A model generated the notes under the pieces. It ran no database searches. It saw nothing but the letters and a program-made list of their open reading frames with translations, and was not told the origin of the DNA. Both the position numbers and the translations under genes were made by a program. Positions 9,493 through 19,881 of a DNA stretch of 37,682 nt are shown piece by piece. Every line of letters starts with the position of its first letter. Positions within the stretch are counted from its first letter, which is position 1. Source of the DNA: Candidatus Cloacimonadota bacterium (lineage in GTDB: Bacteria; Cloacimonadota; Cloacimonadia; Cloacimonadales; TCS61); NCBI GenBank assembly GCA_029932755.1, contig JAOZPK010000003.1:1-37682 (forward strand). The letters run 5' to 3'.

Positions 9493-10634
9493 AAACAAAA
9501 ACCTATATTGCTCAATACGATATTTATATTCTTTTCACATATTTCGTTTTAATAGCCTTAGGTATTTTTATGCAGCTAAATATAAGCTCTGTACGCACAT
9601 CTATGTATTTTTTCTATCGTCAGTTCATCTGGCTCTTTCTCTCTTTTGGATCGCTTTATTTTGCCTTTAAGATTATAGATCTGGAAAAGTTTAGAAAGCT
9701 TATCGTTCCACTTTTATTGGTCATTATTCTCATGTTGATATCTGTTCTCATATTTGGGGATACCGTAAAGGGAGCTGTAAGAAGTATCCGCATCTGGAAA
9801 ATCAATATCCAGCCAAGTTTATTAGCCAGAATAATTCTCATTTTTTACTTTGCCCATATTTTAGATAAGCGAAAAAGACAAATTGATGATACAAGACCAA
9901 AAGGTTTTCTTAAACACTTTCACCAACTTATTGTAGTAACTTTCATCATTTATTTATTGATTTTACTTGAGAAGCACTTCAGCCCTCTTGTAATCTCCGG
10001 TATAACCTTACTTTCACTACTATTCATAGCAAAGATCAGGCTATCAACGATTGGGATTATCCTGGCAACCTGTTTGATAATAGCACTTTTAGTAATTCAA
10101 CTTGGACCCGCCTATCGTTCCGAAAGAATGAAAATTTATTCTAAGTATTCCCTTTTTCACAAAGCTATAAATAAAGAAAGCAATTATTCGGGAACTCAGG
10201 ATTACCAGGTTAGAGAAAGTTTACTTTCATTATCGGGTGGTAGGTTGACAGGAACAACATCTAAAAGAGGAACAGGTAAACACTATTTCTTACCGGAAGC
10301 AAAAACAGATTACATATTTTCTATCATCGGTGAAGAATTTGGGTTCTTAGGAGCACTTATGGTAATTGGATTATTCATCTTCCTATTTTACAGAGCGATC
10401 ATCAACTCTTTACAACAAGATGATATATTCCTGAAACTAGCCAGTATCGGCTTGGGAATGAATATTTTTTTTAATGCAATGGTCAACATCGGGGTTTCGA
10501 TGGCTATCTTACCGTCGACAGGTGTAACATTGCCCTTTATAAGTTATGGTGGGACTTCATTATTAGTGAATTCATTCTCGGTGGGACTTCTACTGAATAT
10601 CAGCGCAAAGAAACAGGTATTACAGAGTTACTAA
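9489..10634 (+). CDS. ftsW: SEDS-family peptidoglycan glycosyltransferase FtsW
   Basis: 381 aa multi-TM protein. FtsW/RodA-type C-terminal region LPEAKTDYIFSIIGEEFGF...GVTLPFISYGGTS. ATGA overlap with murD; dcw position. Confidence 0.9.
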   Translation: MKTKTYIAQYDIYILFTYFVLIALGIFMQLNISSVRTSMYFFYRQFIWLFLSFGSLYFAFKIIDLEKFRKLIVPLLLVIILMLISVLIFGDTVKGAVRSIRIWKINIQPSLLARIILIFYFAHILDKRKRQIDDTRPKGFLKHFHQLIVVTFIIYLLILLEKHFSPLVISGITLLSLLFIAKIRLSTIGIILATCLIIALLVIQLGPAYRSERMKIYSKYSLFHKAINKESNYSGTQDYQVRESLLSLSGGRLTGTTSKRGTGKHYFLPEAKTDYIFSIIGEEFGFLGALMVIGLFIFLFYRAIINSLQQDDIFLKLASIGLGMNIFFNAMVNIGVSMAILPSTGVTLPFISYGGTSLLVNSFSVGLLLNISAKKQVLQSY

Positions 10635-10645
10635 AGGAAATTTAG

Positions 10646-11731
10646 ATGAAAGACAAAAAAATCATTATTGCTGCAGGTGGAACTGGAGGACACATTATTC
10701 CTGCAATTTCTATAGCTGATGAGCTTATGAAAGAAGGAGTTCAAATTCTCTTTGTTGGGAACAGGAACAGCATGGAACAAAAGTTGGTAAAGAAACATGA
10801 AATTAATTTTGCTGAAATAAATGTTCAAAAGTTTTATCGTAAAATTACTTTTGCACATTTTAAATTTCCCTTCAAGCTGATAAAAAGTATCATTGACTCC
10901 AAAAAAATTATACGCAAATTTAAGCCAGATGCCTTTTTAGGAACCGGTGGATTTGTTAGTGGTCCGGTTGGTTATGCTGCTCACTTGCAAGAAATTCCTA
11001 TTTTCCTGCAGGAGCAAAATAGCTATCCGGGTGCAACTACGAAGATACTCAGTAAATATGCTGTAAAAGTATTCTTGGGAAATTACGATGCAAATAAACA
11101 TTTACCCAAAGAAATTGCAGTTTATTCTGGAAATCCGATAAATCAAAATGCTGTAATTGAGAAAGATACAATTGATTTTGAAAAATTCGGTTTGCAAGCA
11201 GATACAAGGAAAATATTCCTTTTTGGAGGGAGCCAGGGCTCTGTAGTTTTGAATAAAGCATTCTTCCCAATTATAGATGATATTATAAAGAAAGGTTTCG
11301 AAATAATCTGGCAGATCGGGAAATTTAGTTTCAATGAATTCTATCCTAAAGTAAAAGATAAATGTGGTGTTTACGCTTTTGATTTCACAAATGAGATCGG
11401 GAAAATTTACAATTCAGTCGATCTGGCAATTGCTCGTGCAGGTGCATTAAGTCTGGCAGAACTGGAGACAAAGAAAATTCCTTCGATCTTGATCCCTCTT
11501 CCCTCTGCTGCAGAAAATCATCAATATTTTAATGCGCTGGAATTAAAAGAGAAGAACGTTGCAGATATAATTGAGCAGAAAGATTTGAACTCTGAGATTT
11601 TGAAAGATACAATATTTAAAATGTTAGAAAATATAGATGATATTAAGAATAATTTTACTTCAACTACGCACGCAAATGCTGCAAAGAATATTGTGGGCAC
11701 GATCATGAATTATTTTGCAAAAGGAGAATAG
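10646..11731 (+). CDS. murG: UDP-GlcNAc:lipid I N-acetylglucosaminyltransferase MurG
   Basis: 361 aa. N-terminal AAGGTGGHIIPA, FGGSQGS, ARAGALSLAE, ENHQ motifs. dcw position. Confidence 0.95.
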   Translation: MKDKKIIIAAGGTGGHIIPAISIADELMKEGVQILFVGNRNSMEQKLVKKHEINFAEINVQKFYRKITFAHFKFPFKLIKSIIDSKKIIRKFKPDAFLGTGGFVSGPVGYAAHLQEIPIFLQEQNSYPGATTKILSKYAVKVFLGNYDANKHLPKEIAVYSGNPINQNAVIEKDTIDFEKFGLQADTRKIFLFGGSQGSVVLNKAFFPIIDDIIKKGFEIIWQIGKFSFNEFYPKVKDKCGVYAFDFTNEIGKIYNSVDLAIARAGALSLAELETKKIPSILIPLPSAAENHQYFNALELKEKNVADIIEQKDLNSEILKDTIFKMLENIDDIKNNFTSTTHANAAKNIVGTIMNYFAKGE

Positions 11732-13099
11732 ATGTTAGGAAGAACCAAGAAAATACATTTTGTTGGAATTGGTGGAATTGGCATGAGCGGTATTGCAGAG
11801 CTTCTATTAAATCAAGGGTTCAAAATAAGCGGCTCTGATCTTGCGCTAAGCGCAATCACAGAACATCTCACACAAATTGGAGCTGTCATTTCGCAAGGAC
11901 ATAATGCCGATACAGTTAAAGACGCAGATGTAGTTGTAAAATCATCAGCCGTAAAAGATGACAATCCAGAAATAGCTTTTGCACTTTCTCAAAAGATCCC
12001 TGTAATCCGCAGAGCTGAAATGCTAAGTGAAATTATGAGAATGAGTTATGGCATTGGAATTGCCGGAACTCACGGCAAAACAACCACAACTTCAATGGTG
12101 GGCAGTGTGTTATCGGCTGCTGCTCTAGATCCGACTGTAATTGTTGGCGGGATCGTGAAAAATTATGGTTCCAATAACCTTCTTGGTTCAGGTAAATATA
12201 TTGTGGTTGAAGCTGATGAGTTTGATCGTTCATTCCTCACACTCAGCCCTATTATTGCCGGTATCACAAATATCGAAGCTGATCATCTAGATTGTTACTC
12301 CGATCTGGAAGGTGTAAAAAATGCATTTGTGGAATATGCTAATAAAGTTCCCTTCTTTGGTAGTGTTATCGCCTGCCTGGATGATCATGGTGTACAATCG
12401 ATCATCCCGAGAATAAATAAAGAAATACTTACTTATGGTTTATCACAGCAGGCTAAAGTGCGTGCTATTAATATTAAATTCAACAATTTTGAAGCCAGCT
12501 ATACAGCAATTTATAATGACAAAGAACTTGGATACATTAAATTGAATGCATTGGGTGAGCATAATATCCTTAATTCACTGCTGGCTGTTGCAACTGGGCT
12601 AGAACTGGATATTCCATTCAAATCGATTCAAAAAGGATTAGCAGAATACAATGGTGTTTTCCGCAGATTTGAATATAAGGGTGAAAAAGATGGAGTTATA
12701 TTATATGATGATTATGCACATCATCCAACTGAGATCGAAGCAACCCTTAGGGGCGTAAGAGACAGCATTTCAAACCGGATAGTGGTTGCATTCCAACCTC
12801 ATTTATATTCGCGAACACAAGATTTTTATGAAGATTTCGGACGTTCTTTCTTTCAATCTGATGTACTTCTCGTTACTCCAATTTTTCCCGCTAGAGAAAA
12901 GCCAATAATGGGTGTTACCGGAAAACTAATTTCCGATGCAGCAATTCAATCTGGACATAAAAATGTTCATTATGTTCAGTCGAATGATGAAATTATAAAT
13001 AAAATCAAAGAAGTTATCAAAACTGGAGATATTCTCATTACGATGGGTGCAGGGAATATATACAAATTTGGTGAGAAATTCTTAAGTAAAAAGAATTAA
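11732..13099 (+). CDS. murC: UDP-N-acetylmuramate--L-alanine ligase MurC
   Basis: 455 aa. HFVGIGGIGMSGIAE, P-loop AGTHGKTTTTSM, DDYAHHPTEI. Start abuts the murG stop. Confidence 0.95.
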   Translation: MLGRTKKIHFVGIGGIGMSGIAELLLNQGFKISGSDLALSAITEHLTQIGAVISQGHNADTVKDADVVVKSSAVKDDNPEIAFALSQKIPVIRRAEMLSEIMRMSYGIGIAGTHGKTTTTSMVGSVLSAAALDPTVIVGGIVKNYGSNNLLGSGKYIVVEADEFDRSFLTLSPIIAGITNIEADHLDCYSDLEGVKNAFVEYANKVPFFGSVIACLDDHGVQSIIPRINKEILTYGLSQQAKVRAINIKFNNFEASYTAIYNDKELGYIKLNALGEHNILNSLLAVATGLELDIPFKSIQKGLAEYNGVFRRFEYKGEKDGVILYDDYAHHPTEIEATLRGVRDSISNRIVVAFQPHLYSRTQDFYEDFGRSFFQSDVLLVTPIFPAREKPIMGVTGKLISDAAIQSGHKNVHYVQSNDEIINKIKEVIKTGDILITMGAGNIYKFGEKFLSKKN

Positions 13100-13110
13100 T
13101 TTGAGTAAAA

Positions 13111-13989
13111 ATGGAAAAAATGTTTGACAGCAAAATGCTAACTTCATTTGTTATAAAGAGTTCATTAAACATATACTCCAACATGAAGATCGGTGGTGAC
13201 GCCACTTATCTTCTTGCACCACAGAATGTTAGTGATATATCTTCAATAATTAAGGAAGCAAATTCACAAAATTTGAAGATACTTCCCGTTGGTGGTGGCT
13301 CAAATATTTTATTTGGGAATGTAGGAAATAGAGTGATTATTCTGGATGCTTATCTACCTGATATTTTTCAGGTAGATCACAAAATTGTTACTGTATCATC
13401 CAATATGAAAATCAGTTCATTTATAGATAAAGCCATGCAGCACGGATTAGGTGGAATGGAATTTATTTCTGGGATTCCAGCACATATTGGTGGAGCAATA
13501 CACATGAATGCCGGAGCTTTTGAAAAATGTATCTTTGATTATCTATATTGGATTGAGTACATTAATCTAGAAGGAAAAGTAATAAAAATCGATTGCAGAA
13601 ACCTTGAATTCGGATACAGAACGACATCAATAGAAGGTTTTATTGTGAGAGCAGCCTTTAAATTAGATAAAAAAACTAAAAAGAAGATATTAGCTGACAA
13701 AGAGGATATTATTTCTAAAAGATTTGAGAGACACCCTTACGATTATCCTAGTTTAGGCAGTACATTCAAGAATCCAAAAGGTAAATTTGCAGGGCAGTTG
13801 ATTGATGAATGCGGATTAAAGGGATTGCAAATAGGAGAAGCACAGATTAGTAAGAAACATGCAAATTTCATTATTAATAAAGGAAGTGCTACATTCAATG
13901 ATGTTAATGAATTAATTAAAATAATTCAGGAAACAGTGAAAAGGCAAAAAGGCATTGAACTGCAATTGGAGATAAAGGTAATAAATTAA
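13111..13989 (+). CDS. murB: UDP-N-acetylenolpyruvoylglucosamine reductase MurB
   Basis: 292 aa. FAD-binding-type GGGSNILF, GIPAHIGGAIHMNAGA, GSTFKNP, HANFIINKG motifs. Confidence 0.9.
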   Translation: MEKMFDSKMLTSFVIKSSLNIYSNMKIGGDATYLLAPQNVSDISSIIKEANSQNLKILPVGGGSNILFGNVGNRVIILDAYLPDIFQVDHKIVTVSSNMKISSFIDKAMQHGLGGMEFISGIPAHIGGAIHMNAGAFEKCIFDYLYWIEYINLEGKVIKIDCRNLEFGYRTTSIEGFIVRAAFKLDKKTKKKILADKEDIISKRFERHPYDYPSLGSTFKNPKGKFAGQLIDECGLKGLQIGEAQISKKHANFIINKGSATFNDVNELIKIIQETVKRQKGIELQLEIKVIN

Positions 13990-14741
13990 TGAAGAAAAAA
14001 AGATCTGGTTCAAGTAGATATTTCTTTTTCTTTTTAGTTCTTATTGTACTCATCTATGCAGTTTACATTGGTATAAACAGCCTGTTTACTAAGCTTGATC
14101 TTTTCAAAGTGAAATATATTAAGATAAATGGAAATGTAAATTTAGAAACAGATTTTCTAAAAAATATCTGCAATGATTTTATTAATATGAATTTGTATTC
14201 TATCTCAAAAAAAGATGTACTAAAAAAATATGAAAACATTGTAAGGATCGAAGGTATAAAAGTTTCCAGGATATTTCCAAATAAATTAAAAATTGAAATT
14301 AGTGAAAAAAGGGGAGTATTCTTTTTACGAACAGAACGCGGAATTATCTTTCCTATTGATAAAAATAGAGTTGTACTTGATAATGTGAATTTTTATGAGA
14401 ATGAGGTTCTGCCGGTAATCGGAACTAAAATTCCTGATGCTGAGATCATTATCGGAAAAAGAATTGAGAATATTCTTATTGAAAAGATTTTTTTTTTAAG
14501 AGAGAAATTTGCAAATGTAGATCCGGATTTTATTAATAGTATTTCCGAGTTCTACTTAAAAGATGAAAATCTAATTTTTGTGAATGCAAACATTGGATAT
14601 AGAATTGTTTTAGGTGAAAATGAGATCGAAGAGAAACTTAAGAGACTCATTTTTTTGGAGCAAAATCGTACTTTTGAGAAGGGTACGACAATAGACCTGA
14701 GATTCAAAGATCAGCTTGTGATCAGGTCGGAGGAGATATGA
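13989..14741 (+). CDS. ftsQ: Cell division protein FtsQ/DivIB-like
   Basis: 250 aa. N-terminal TM (YFFFFLVLIVLIYAVYIGI) followed by a POTRA-like region (IKINGNVNL...). TAATG overlap with murB and ATGA overlap with ftsA. Called mainly by position. Confidence 0.75.
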   Translation: MKKKRSGSSRYFFFFLVLIVLIYAVYIGINSLFTKLDLFKVKYIKINGNVNLETDFLKNICNDFINMNLYSISKKDVLKKYENIVRIEGIKVSRIFPNKLKIEISEKRGVFFLRTERGIIFPIDKNRVVLDNVNFYENEVLPVIGTKIPDAEIIIGKRIENILIEKIFFLREKFANVDPDFINSISEFYLKDENLIFVNANIGYRIVLGENEIEEKLKRLIFLEQNRTFEKGTTIDLRFKDQLVIRSEEI

Positions 14742-16003
14742 AAATTGGTCAAGTGATTACAGCAATAGATATTGGTACGACCAAAATCTGTGTTATTATC
14801 GCACAAAAAAACGAAGAAAATAAATTAGAAGTTAAGGGAATTGGTACCAGTAAATCCGATGGCATGATTAACGGTATTGTTGTTGATATTATGAAGGCTT
14901 CCAAATCTATGAGCGATGCAATTAATGAAGCCGAAGAGATGGCAACTTTAAAAGCTAAGAATATTTATGTTGGAATTGCTGGAGAACATATTAAAAGTCA
15001 GAATACAATTGGTAGAATTTCTCTAACTTCAGGTACTCATCCTTGTGATATAGATCAGCAGCATGTAGAAAATGTTATCTCAAATTCCAAAAATAATGTA
15101 AAAATACAACAGGGAAATGAAAGACTGGAAATCATTCATGCAATCCCTCAATATTTCAAGATCGATGATCAGGATGGTATAATGAATCCTGTGAATATGA
15201 GCGGATTCAACCTTTCTGCCCATGTCCATATAGTTATGGCAGATATAAATGCACTTAGAAATATAAATAAATGTATTGATATTGCCGGATACAAAGTTGA
15301 AGAGACCTATCTTGAACCAATCGCTTCTTCACATGCTGTCTTAGATGATGTGGAAAAAGAACTGGGTTCCATTATTATTGATATTGGTGGTGGAACAACT
15401 GATATTGCAATATTCTTTAAAGACAGTATAAGATTCAGTGCTGTTCTTCCAATTGGCGGTAAGAACATTACGCATGATCTTTCTGTCGGGCTGCATACTT
15501 CACCTTATAATGCAGAGAAGCTCAAGATAGAGTTGGGTAATTCGCTTTCAAGGCAGATCCCTGATGATAAGTTGATCGAGATAGAAGGGATTGGCGGCAG
15601 AGAACCAAAAAAGAAGAAATTAAAATATATGACAGAGATTATCGAAGCCAGAATGCGAGAAATACTTGAAGGTGCTTATAGAATTCTAAGTGAGCATCAT
15701 GATCTTAATCTAATTACTGCAGGGCTTGTACTTACAGGTGGTGCTTCTCTTCTAAGAAACAGCACTACACTTGCCGACCAAATATTTAATATGCCAACCA
15801 AAGTTGGTTATCCAAACCTAACCGATTTAGCCGGACCTACCGAAAGACTGGAAAACCCAAAATACTCAACAAGCGTAGGCATACTTTATTACGTTTATGA
15901 TGAACTTCAGAGTAGAGATGATAAAATAAGCAGTATAAAAATAGGCAATTCATTTGCAAATTTTTGGAATAAAATTAAAGAGATATTTAAAGATTATTTT
16001 TAG
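14738..16003 (+). CDS. ftsA: Cell division protein FtsA
   Basis: 421 aa actin-like ATPase. AIDIGTTKICV, DIGGGTTDIA, LTGGASLL motifs. Position before ftsZ. Confidence 0.95.
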   Translation: MKIGQVITAIDIGTTKICVIIAQKNEENKLEVKGIGTSKSDGMINGIVVDIMKASKSMSDAINEAEEMATLKAKNIYVGIAGEHIKSQNTIGRISLTSGTHPCDIDQQHVENVISNSKNNVKIQQGNERLEIIHAIPQYFKIDDQDGIMNPVNMSGFNLSAHVHIVMADINALRNINKCIDIAGYKVEETYLEPIASSHAVLDDVEKELGSIIIDIGGGTTDIAIFFKDSIRFSAVLPIGGKNITHDLSVGLHTSPYNAEKLKIELGNSLSRQIPDDKLIEIEGIGGREPKKKKLKYMTEIIEARMREILEGAYRILSEHHDLNLITAGLVLTGGASLLRNSTTLADQIFNMPTKVGYPNLTDLAGPTERLENPKYSTSVGILYYVYDELQSRDDKISSIKIGNSFANFWNKIKEIFKDYF

Positions 16004-16033
16004 AGTATAAATTAGTATAATTTCGGAGGTTAT

Positions 16034-17188
16034 ATGTTAGAATTAGACCTGAATCATGATGAAATACCTTTTGGTACACATATAAAAATCATTGGTGTTG
16101 GTGGTGCTGGCGGTAATGCCATTGGCACTATGATCGGATATAACCTGCAGGGTTTAGAATTTGTCGTTGCAAATACTAATATAATTGATTTGAAAAAATC
16201 AAAAGCTAAAGTCAAACTTCAACTTGGAAGAGAATTAACAAAAGGGCTTGGTGCAGGAGCAAATCCGGATAAAGGTCGTAAAGCAGCAGAAGAATCTCGA
16301 GAAGATATAAAAAACAATTTAAAGGGTACTGATCTGCTTTTTATTGCAGCTGGAATGGGTGGAGGGACAGGAACTGGTGCAACACCTGTTATTGCCGCAC
16401 TTGCTCGTGAGATGGGGATATTAACAATTGGTATTGTGAGCAGACCATTTAGAAGTGAGGGCAAGAAACGTATGATCAACGCTGAGAATGGAATTAAAAA
16501 ACTTCGCGAAAATGTTGATACTCTTATCGTAATCCCAAACGAAAAACTCACTGAAATATTCCCTGATATGACTGTTATCGACGCCTTTACAAAAGCTGAC
16601 AATGTTCTTTATGAAGCAGCAAAAGCTATTTCTGATATCATTCATTTCAGCGGTTACATGAATGTAGATTTTGCAGATGTGCAAACTGTAATGAAAAATC
16701 GTGGTCTTGCTATGATGGGTTCTGGCGAAGGAGATGGAGATCAAAGAGCTGTAGATGCAGCTCAGAAAGCTATGAACAATCCCCTGCTTTCCGATATTCC
16801 AATAGAAAATGCTAAAGGTGTTCTAATTAATATAACTGCCGGTAAAGATTTTAAAATGGATGAGTTTGAGCTAATTACAAATGAAATCGTTAAACAAACA
16901 GGTGATGACGGAGATATTATTACTGGAATTATTATAGATGATGCGATGGAAGGAAAGATCAAAGTAACCCTGATCACTACCGGACTTGATACACCTAATA
17001 CAACCATTTACGAACGTGAAACGATAATCCATGATAAAGAAGATGATTCGGAAGATATTGGACGTACTTTACAAAGAATAAGAAATTCTGACTCTTTGAA
17101 CTTGAATAGAAGAACTGATGAAAAAACCAGTGTATTCCCTGATAAACAAATGGAAATTCCAGCTTTTTTAAGGAAATTCTCAAATTAA
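16034..17188 (+). CDS. ftsZ: Cell division GTPase FtsZ
   Basis: 384 aa. Tubulin signature GGGTGTGA, GVGGAGGNA, NTD. Conserved C-terminal peptide EIPAFLRKF. SD GGAGG 5-6 nt upstream. Confidence 0.97.
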   Translation: MLELDLNHDEIPFGTHIKIIGVGGAGGNAIGTMIGYNLQGLEFVVANTNIIDLKKSKAKVKLQLGRELTKGLGAGANPDKGRKAAEESREDIKNNLKGTDLLFIAAGMGGGTGTGATPVIAALAREMGILTIGIVSRPFRSEGKKRMINAENGIKKLRENVDTLIVIPNEKLTEIFPDMTVIDAFTKADNVLYEAAKAISDIIHFSGYMNVDFADVQTVMKNRGLAMMGSGEGDGDQRAVDAAQKAMNNPLLSDIPIENAKGVLINITAGKDFKMDEFELITNEIVKQTGDDGDIITGIIIDDAMEGKIKVTLITTGLDTPNTTIYERETIIHDKEDDSEDIGRTLQRIRNSDSLNLNRRTDEKTSVFPDKQMEIPAFLRKFSN

Positions 17189-17209
17189 GAGAATGGTAAT
17201 GACCTGATC

Positions 17210-17548
17210 ATGCAGGATGTAATACTAAAATTCTTAATTCTTTCTTTCTCGATCTATGCAGTTGGACATCTTACTGGACTTTTTGTAATAGATAATTTCT
17301 TTGCAGCCATTGTGGCAGCTCTTGTATTGGCATTGGTTAACATAACTATAAAGCCTGTTCTCGATTTCATCTCATTTCCAATCACATTTATTACTTTTGG
17401 TTTGTTTACATTTTTCGTTAATGGATTCTGTCTGCTTATTGTTTCTAAACTTGTACCCAAATTTAAATTGAGAGGTTGCTTCACGGCAGCTATTGCAGCA
17501 TTACTTATCACACTGGTTAATTCGTTACTAACAAAACTAATTTTCTAA
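17210..17548 (+). CDS. DUF360 / phage-holin-4_2-family small membrane protein (YvlD-like)
   Basis: 112 aa with 3-4 TM segments. The pattern AAIVAALVLALVNITIKPVL...PITFITFGLFTFFVNGFCLLIVSKLVP closely resembles my recollection of the YvlD/DUF360 family. Starts 21 nt after ftsZ. Confidence 0.7.
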   Translation: MQDVILKFLILSFSIYAVGHLTGLFVIDNFFAAIVAALVLALVNITIKPVLDFISFPITFITFGLFTFFVNGFCLLIVSKLVPKFKLRGCFTAAIAALLITLVNSLLTKLIF

Positions 17549-17564
17549 TGATCTTGGAGAAAAA

Positions 17565-18836
17565 ATGACTTATTTAAAAATTTATAATTTATTAAAAAGT
17601 AGATTTAATTTAACAGATAAAAAGATCGATATTCCTGAACTGGGAACGCGCGTAATAAATATTCCATTTGAATCATTTAGTCATAAACTTTTACCGGGTG
17701 AAGAATCGTATCAGTGTAATGAACACAACCTAATATTTAACACCACTTACGATCTCTCGAGTAAATTGAATGCACCACACCTGAATGAAATTATTGAAAC
17801 TCCGGATTCTAAAATTAAGGAAAATGTAAATTTTAATTACAGCATTCTAATCCCAATAGAGATTAAAAAAAATAAAAAAACAGGGAAAGATAGAATAAAG
17901 AAAATTAAAACTAATGGCACAATAATCTTATTACATGGTCTTAACGAGAAAGATTGGAGTAAATACCTGCCTTGGGCTTATAAATTAATGGAACAAACTA
18001 ATAAGCAGGTAATCCTCTTCCCTATCGCATTTCATATGAATAGAACTCCAGCTAAATGGATAGATCCCAGATTTTTGAGAACAGCCAATAAAGAGAGAAA
18101 GGAGATCTTTCCAAATATTGCAAATTCGTCTTTTGCTAATATTGCTCTCAGTGCCAGATTGCAGTTTCATCCTCAAAGATTTTTATGGTCTGGTCTTCAA
18201 TCATTTCACGATGTTATGCAGTTGATACATGAGATCAGATCCGGTCTGCATCCATTGATAAAAAAGAATTCATCAATAAATTTCTTTGCCTATTCAATTG
18301 GATCATTCTTGGCTAATATTCTATTTCTCACCAACTCATACGGTTATCTTTCAAAATCTAAATTGTTCCATTTTTGCGGTGGACCTACTCTAAATAGAAT
18401 GGATGCAGCCTCAAAATATATTTTGGATAGTGAAGCTAATATTTCTGTTTATTCCTTCTACGTCGAACGTTTGGAGGAGGAACTTAAGAAAGATGATAGA
18501 TTAAAACATTATTTTAGTGATCTTCATCCTGTCGGCAAATATTTTAAAAGTATGCTAGAATTCCATAAACTGCAGAATTTTAGAGAAAAACGATTTAAGG
18601 AACTAAATAAACAGATTTCTGCAGTTGCTCTAAAAAAGGATAATGTCGTTCCTCCTTCGGAAGTTTTGAATACATTAAAAGGTTCTGATAACAAGATTCC
18701 ATCAAAAGTTAGAGTGATGGATTTTAATTACAATTATGATCACGTGATTCCATTCCCGCCTACTAAAAAACTTGAAAAGGAAGTTGATAAAAGTTTTAAT
18801 CGTGTTTTTCGATTTGCGTCTAAACATTTGAAATAA
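17565..18836 (+). CDS. Uncharacterised alpha/beta-hydrolase-like protein
   Basis: 423 aa, no signal peptide. IILLHGLNEKDW (HG turn), nucleophile-elbow-like AYSIGSF, C-terminal YDHVIPF. SD GGAGA upstream. I cannot name a family with confidence. Confidence 0.5.
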   Translation: MTYLKIYNLLKSRFNLTDKKIDIPELGTRVINIPFESFSHKLLPGEESYQCNEHNLIFNTTYDLSSKLNAPHLNEIIETPDSKIKENVNFNYSILIPIEIKKNKKTGKDRIKKIKTNGTIILLHGLNEKDWSKYLPWAYKLMEQTNKQVILFPIAFHMNRTPAKWIDPRFLRTANKERKEIFPNIANSSFANIALSARLQFHPQRFLWSGLQSFHDVMQLIHEIRSGLHPLIKKNSSINFFAYSIGSFLANILFLTNSYGYLSKSKLFHFCGGPTLNRMDAASKYILDSEANISVYSFYVERLEEELKKDDRLKHYFSDLHPVGKYFKSMLEFHKLQNFREKRFKELNKQISAVALKKDNVVPPSEVLNTLKGSDNKIPSKVRVMDFNYNYDHVIPFPPTKKLEKEVDKSFNRVFRFASKHLK

Positions 18837-18849
18837 AGCGGTGTTAATA

Positions 18850-19881
18850 ATGAAAAAAAATATGGTTATTACTCTATTTATTATTTGTGTTAATATTTAT
18901 TCTTTTAATTTTATCGAATTTTTTGATGCAAGTTCATTCCATTATCAATTTTGTTCTTTCCTCGGAACAGATTACCACCCATATCAGGATGATAACCAAA
19001 ATAGTTATCTGGAAAAAAATATTTTCAAAGCTGGTTGGAACTTTAAAATAGAAGATAATGTAAATATCTGGTTTGATCTTACTTACAGAAAAGTATTATT
19101 CTCAGAACAACTGGAATTGGAAAGCACTGGAATTGTATTTCATAAAAATAACTGGGATTTCGTTTATAAATTTGACCAGCTCGAGATAGGTAATGGATCA
19201 GAGATTTTCATTAAGAATCTGTATTCCTCATATTACGATAAACCTGTTATTGAAGATTATAAATTCCGAGGTTTTGAATCAATCCGGTATTTTGGGAACT
19301 TCAATTTATCAGGAATGGTAGGAGGGAATTCCTTTAATAGTGCTATTGGTAAATTCTCATTAGGATATTCTAACACAGATCACTATTTTGATCTTTATTA
19401 TCTTTACTGTAAACGCGATAGAATTTTTAATTATCCAATGCACGCTACAGGATTTGAATTAACCTCTAAATTGGGAAAATTTAAAATATACAATTCATCA
19501 GTTTATGAAAATCTTACTTCTACTAACTCCGCTAGACCATCTCATGAAAAATTTGTAAACCTGTCGGAAATAATTTTCCGTCCTCATTCAAATATAAATA
19601 TTGGAACTAATTATCTTTATACTATCTATGATTGGGATACAGATAAAGAATGGCAATCAACTTCATTTATAGAATTTGTACTTGGAAAAACCACAAACAC
19701 GATCTTATATAAATATTGGCATTCAGAAATGGGTTTTGATAGAGAAATAAATCTAATTAATTCTTATAATATATTGCCTTATTGGTCATTAGCTTCAAAC
19801 TTCAGTTACTTTAATCCTTCTCTGGGAGATGATTATTATATCATTGGCTTCCAAACAATAATTGAATATGAAATGGATTAG
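18850..19881 (+). CDS. Secreted beta-rich (possible outer-membrane beta-barrel) hypothetical protein
   Basis: ATG 18850 is preferred over the ORF-track GTG 18841. Signal-like N-terminus MKKNMVITLFIICVNIYSF. Tyr/Phe/Asn-rich with alternating hydrophobic pattern throughout. No recognisable family. Confidence 0.4.
   Translation: MKKNMVITLFIICVNIYSFNFIEFFDASSFHYQFCSFLGTDYHPYQDDNQNSYLEKNIFKAGWNFKIEDNVNIWFDLTYRKVLFSEQLELESTGIVFHKNNWDFVYKFDQLEIGNGSEIFIKNLYSSYYDKPVIEDYKFRGFESIRYFGNFNLSGMVGGNSFNSAIGKFSLGYSNTDHYFDLYYLYCKRDRIFNYPMHATGFELTSKLGKFKIYNSSVYENLTSTNSARPSHEKFVNLSEIIFRPHSNINIGTNYLYTIYDWDTDKEWQSTSFIEFVLGKTTNTILYKYWHSEMGFDREINLINSYNILPYWSLASNFSYFNPSLGDDYYIIGFQTIIEYEMD

Noticed and set aside
17210-17548. 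Holin-family gene as a sign of a prophage lysis cassette
   Set aside because: No endolysin, spanin, terminase, capsid or integrase genes nearby. DUF360 proteins are common chromosomal membrane proteins.
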